The translations under genes were made by a program, and so were the position numbers. Shown one piece after another: positions 16,390-16,928 of a DNA stretch of 16,928 bases. Numbering within the stretch: position 1 is the stretch's first letter; each line of letters begins with the position of its first letter. Below the pieces are notes generated by a model. That model saw only the letters and a program-made list of their open reading frames with translations, did not search any database and was not told the DNA's origin. The stretch comes from Bdellovibrionales bacterium (GTDB lineage: Bacteria; Bdellovibrionota; Bdellovibrionia; Bdellovibrionales; Bdellovibrionaceae), in NCBI GenBank assembly GCA_031370005.1, contig JANMPT010000007.1, forward strand, positions 1-16,928, given 5' to 3'.

Positions 16390-16544
16390 TTAAACGGTGC
16401 TTATAGATGAGACCTGAAGATCAAAACCGACAGCCGGAGGGGCTGATTTTTTCTCGTGTACTGGCTGAGTCCCTTGTAGTCAGGCCCCCAGGTTACGAGC
16501 CTGGTGAAGGGCCGGGCCACCCAAAATTGAATTTTTTTAGTCTT
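16390..16544 (-). pseudogene. Degenerate 3' remnant of a paralog of the HUH/Y1 transposase at 609-1226
   Basis: Minus strand translates KTKKIQFWVARPFTRLVTWGPDYKGLSQYTRKNQ, then after a frameshift APPAVGFDLQVSSISTV*. The intact copy reads KTKKFQFWVARPFTRFVTWGADYKNLSLYMKKNQ...APVVGFDLQVSLMSTA*. The HUH-encoding 5' part is not recognisable. Confidence 0.9.
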
Positions 16545-16758
16545 CTTTGTATTTGAAGTTCTCGTTCAACTCCTCCTGAGAAAATGGGCCCCAGTTTATT
16601 CCAACTTTGAAACACTTAGCCCAGACAGATTCCGGCTCCAAAAATAAAATTTCTCAAGTTAGAACCAGCAGCGTTAGCCGAAGGCCTTGTATTGTCTGGG
16701 GAAATCGAGAGGCTTTCGAAACTGCCTCATGGTGGTTCGTTCCGAATCACTAAAATCT

Positions 16759-16866
16759 CGACGAAGGTCTAAAGTTCCGTTGTTCACAGCCGAAAAGTGA
16801 ATAGTCAGCGCAAAGATCCTTAAAACATAAAACAAAAGGATAAACCAAATGGCACGTTTTTTCATA
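16759..16866 (+). repeat. Diverged inverted repeat of about 334-434 (promoter, RBS and gene start)
   Basis: Identical 17-mer CGACGAAGGTCTAAAGT (418-434 minus; 16759-16775 plus) and identical 16-mer AAACAAAAGGATAAAC (355-370 minus; 16830-16845 plus), plus shared ACAGCCGAAAAG and AAATGGCACGT.TTTTCAT. Confidence 0.92.
16770..16796 (+). promoter_or_regulatory. sigma28/FliA-type promoter
   Basis: TAAA-N15-GCCGAAAA with canonical spacing, about 50 nt upstream of ATG 16849. Confidence 0.7.
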
Positions 16867-16928
16867 TTGGCTTCTTTTTTTAGTTTTTTCATTTCAATAA
16901 GGGCAATGGCTCAGCTTACGAGCTCTTC
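16849..16928 (+). CDS. Secreted hypothetical protein, N-terminus only (runs off right edge); paralog of 1-351
   Basis: MARFFILASFFSFFISIRAMAQLTSS...; AAGGA RBS, signal peptide with the same AMA-Q site as the left-edge gene. Confidence 0.75.
   Translation, partial: MARFFILASFFSFFISIRAMAQLTSS

Noticed and set aside
16488..16504. tRNA-like anticodon stem-loop CCAGG-CTCGTAA-CCTGG on the minus strand
   Set aside because: No D arm, T arm or acceptor stem; the sequence is explained as codons TRLVTW of the transposase relic.
16110..16760. CRISPR array or rRNA/tRNA in the long ORF-poor region
   Set aside because: No regularly spaced repeats or recognisable RNA gene; partly explained by the transposase relic and promoters.
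16759..16797. c-di-GMP-I riboswitch resemblance (GGTCTAA...ACAGCC), also at 395-434
   Set aside because: Lacks the GGCAAA/GNRA hairpin and GCAAA junction and does not pair properly; a sigma28 promoter fits better.
16674..16892. 72-aa minus-strand ORF, and likewise ORFs 170-355 (+) and 224-412 (-)
   Set aside because: Antisense or out-of-frame shadows of the real signal-peptide genes and their promoters, which have an RBS and paralog support.

Overview
Bacterial genomic window, probably from a Bdellovibrionota-like organism (inferred from gene content and sigma28-type promoters). The core is a microaerobic respiration locus: a CDF metal exporter, a Cys-rich Crp/Fnr regulator and a cbb3 oxidase operon (ccoI-ccoS-fused ccoNO-ccoQ-monoheme ccoP-ccoG-DsbD_2, no ccoH seen). 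Around it lie a standalone prephenate dehydratase, a CBS protein, Hsp20, a DUF155/RMD1-like protein and a 770-aa secreted Cys-rich protein with a possible HD-like C-terminus. The most notable feature is missed by the ORF track: the two window ends are diverged inverted copies of one module. Each module has an outward-pointing signal-peptide gene (MAR(L/F)FIL...AMA-Q) behind a sigma28/FliA-like promoter, plus an inward-pointing HUH/Y1 (RAYT-like) transposase gene. That transposase gene is intact on the left (609-1226) and a frameshifted 3' remnant on the right (about 16390-16544), so the two modules bracket about 15 kb.
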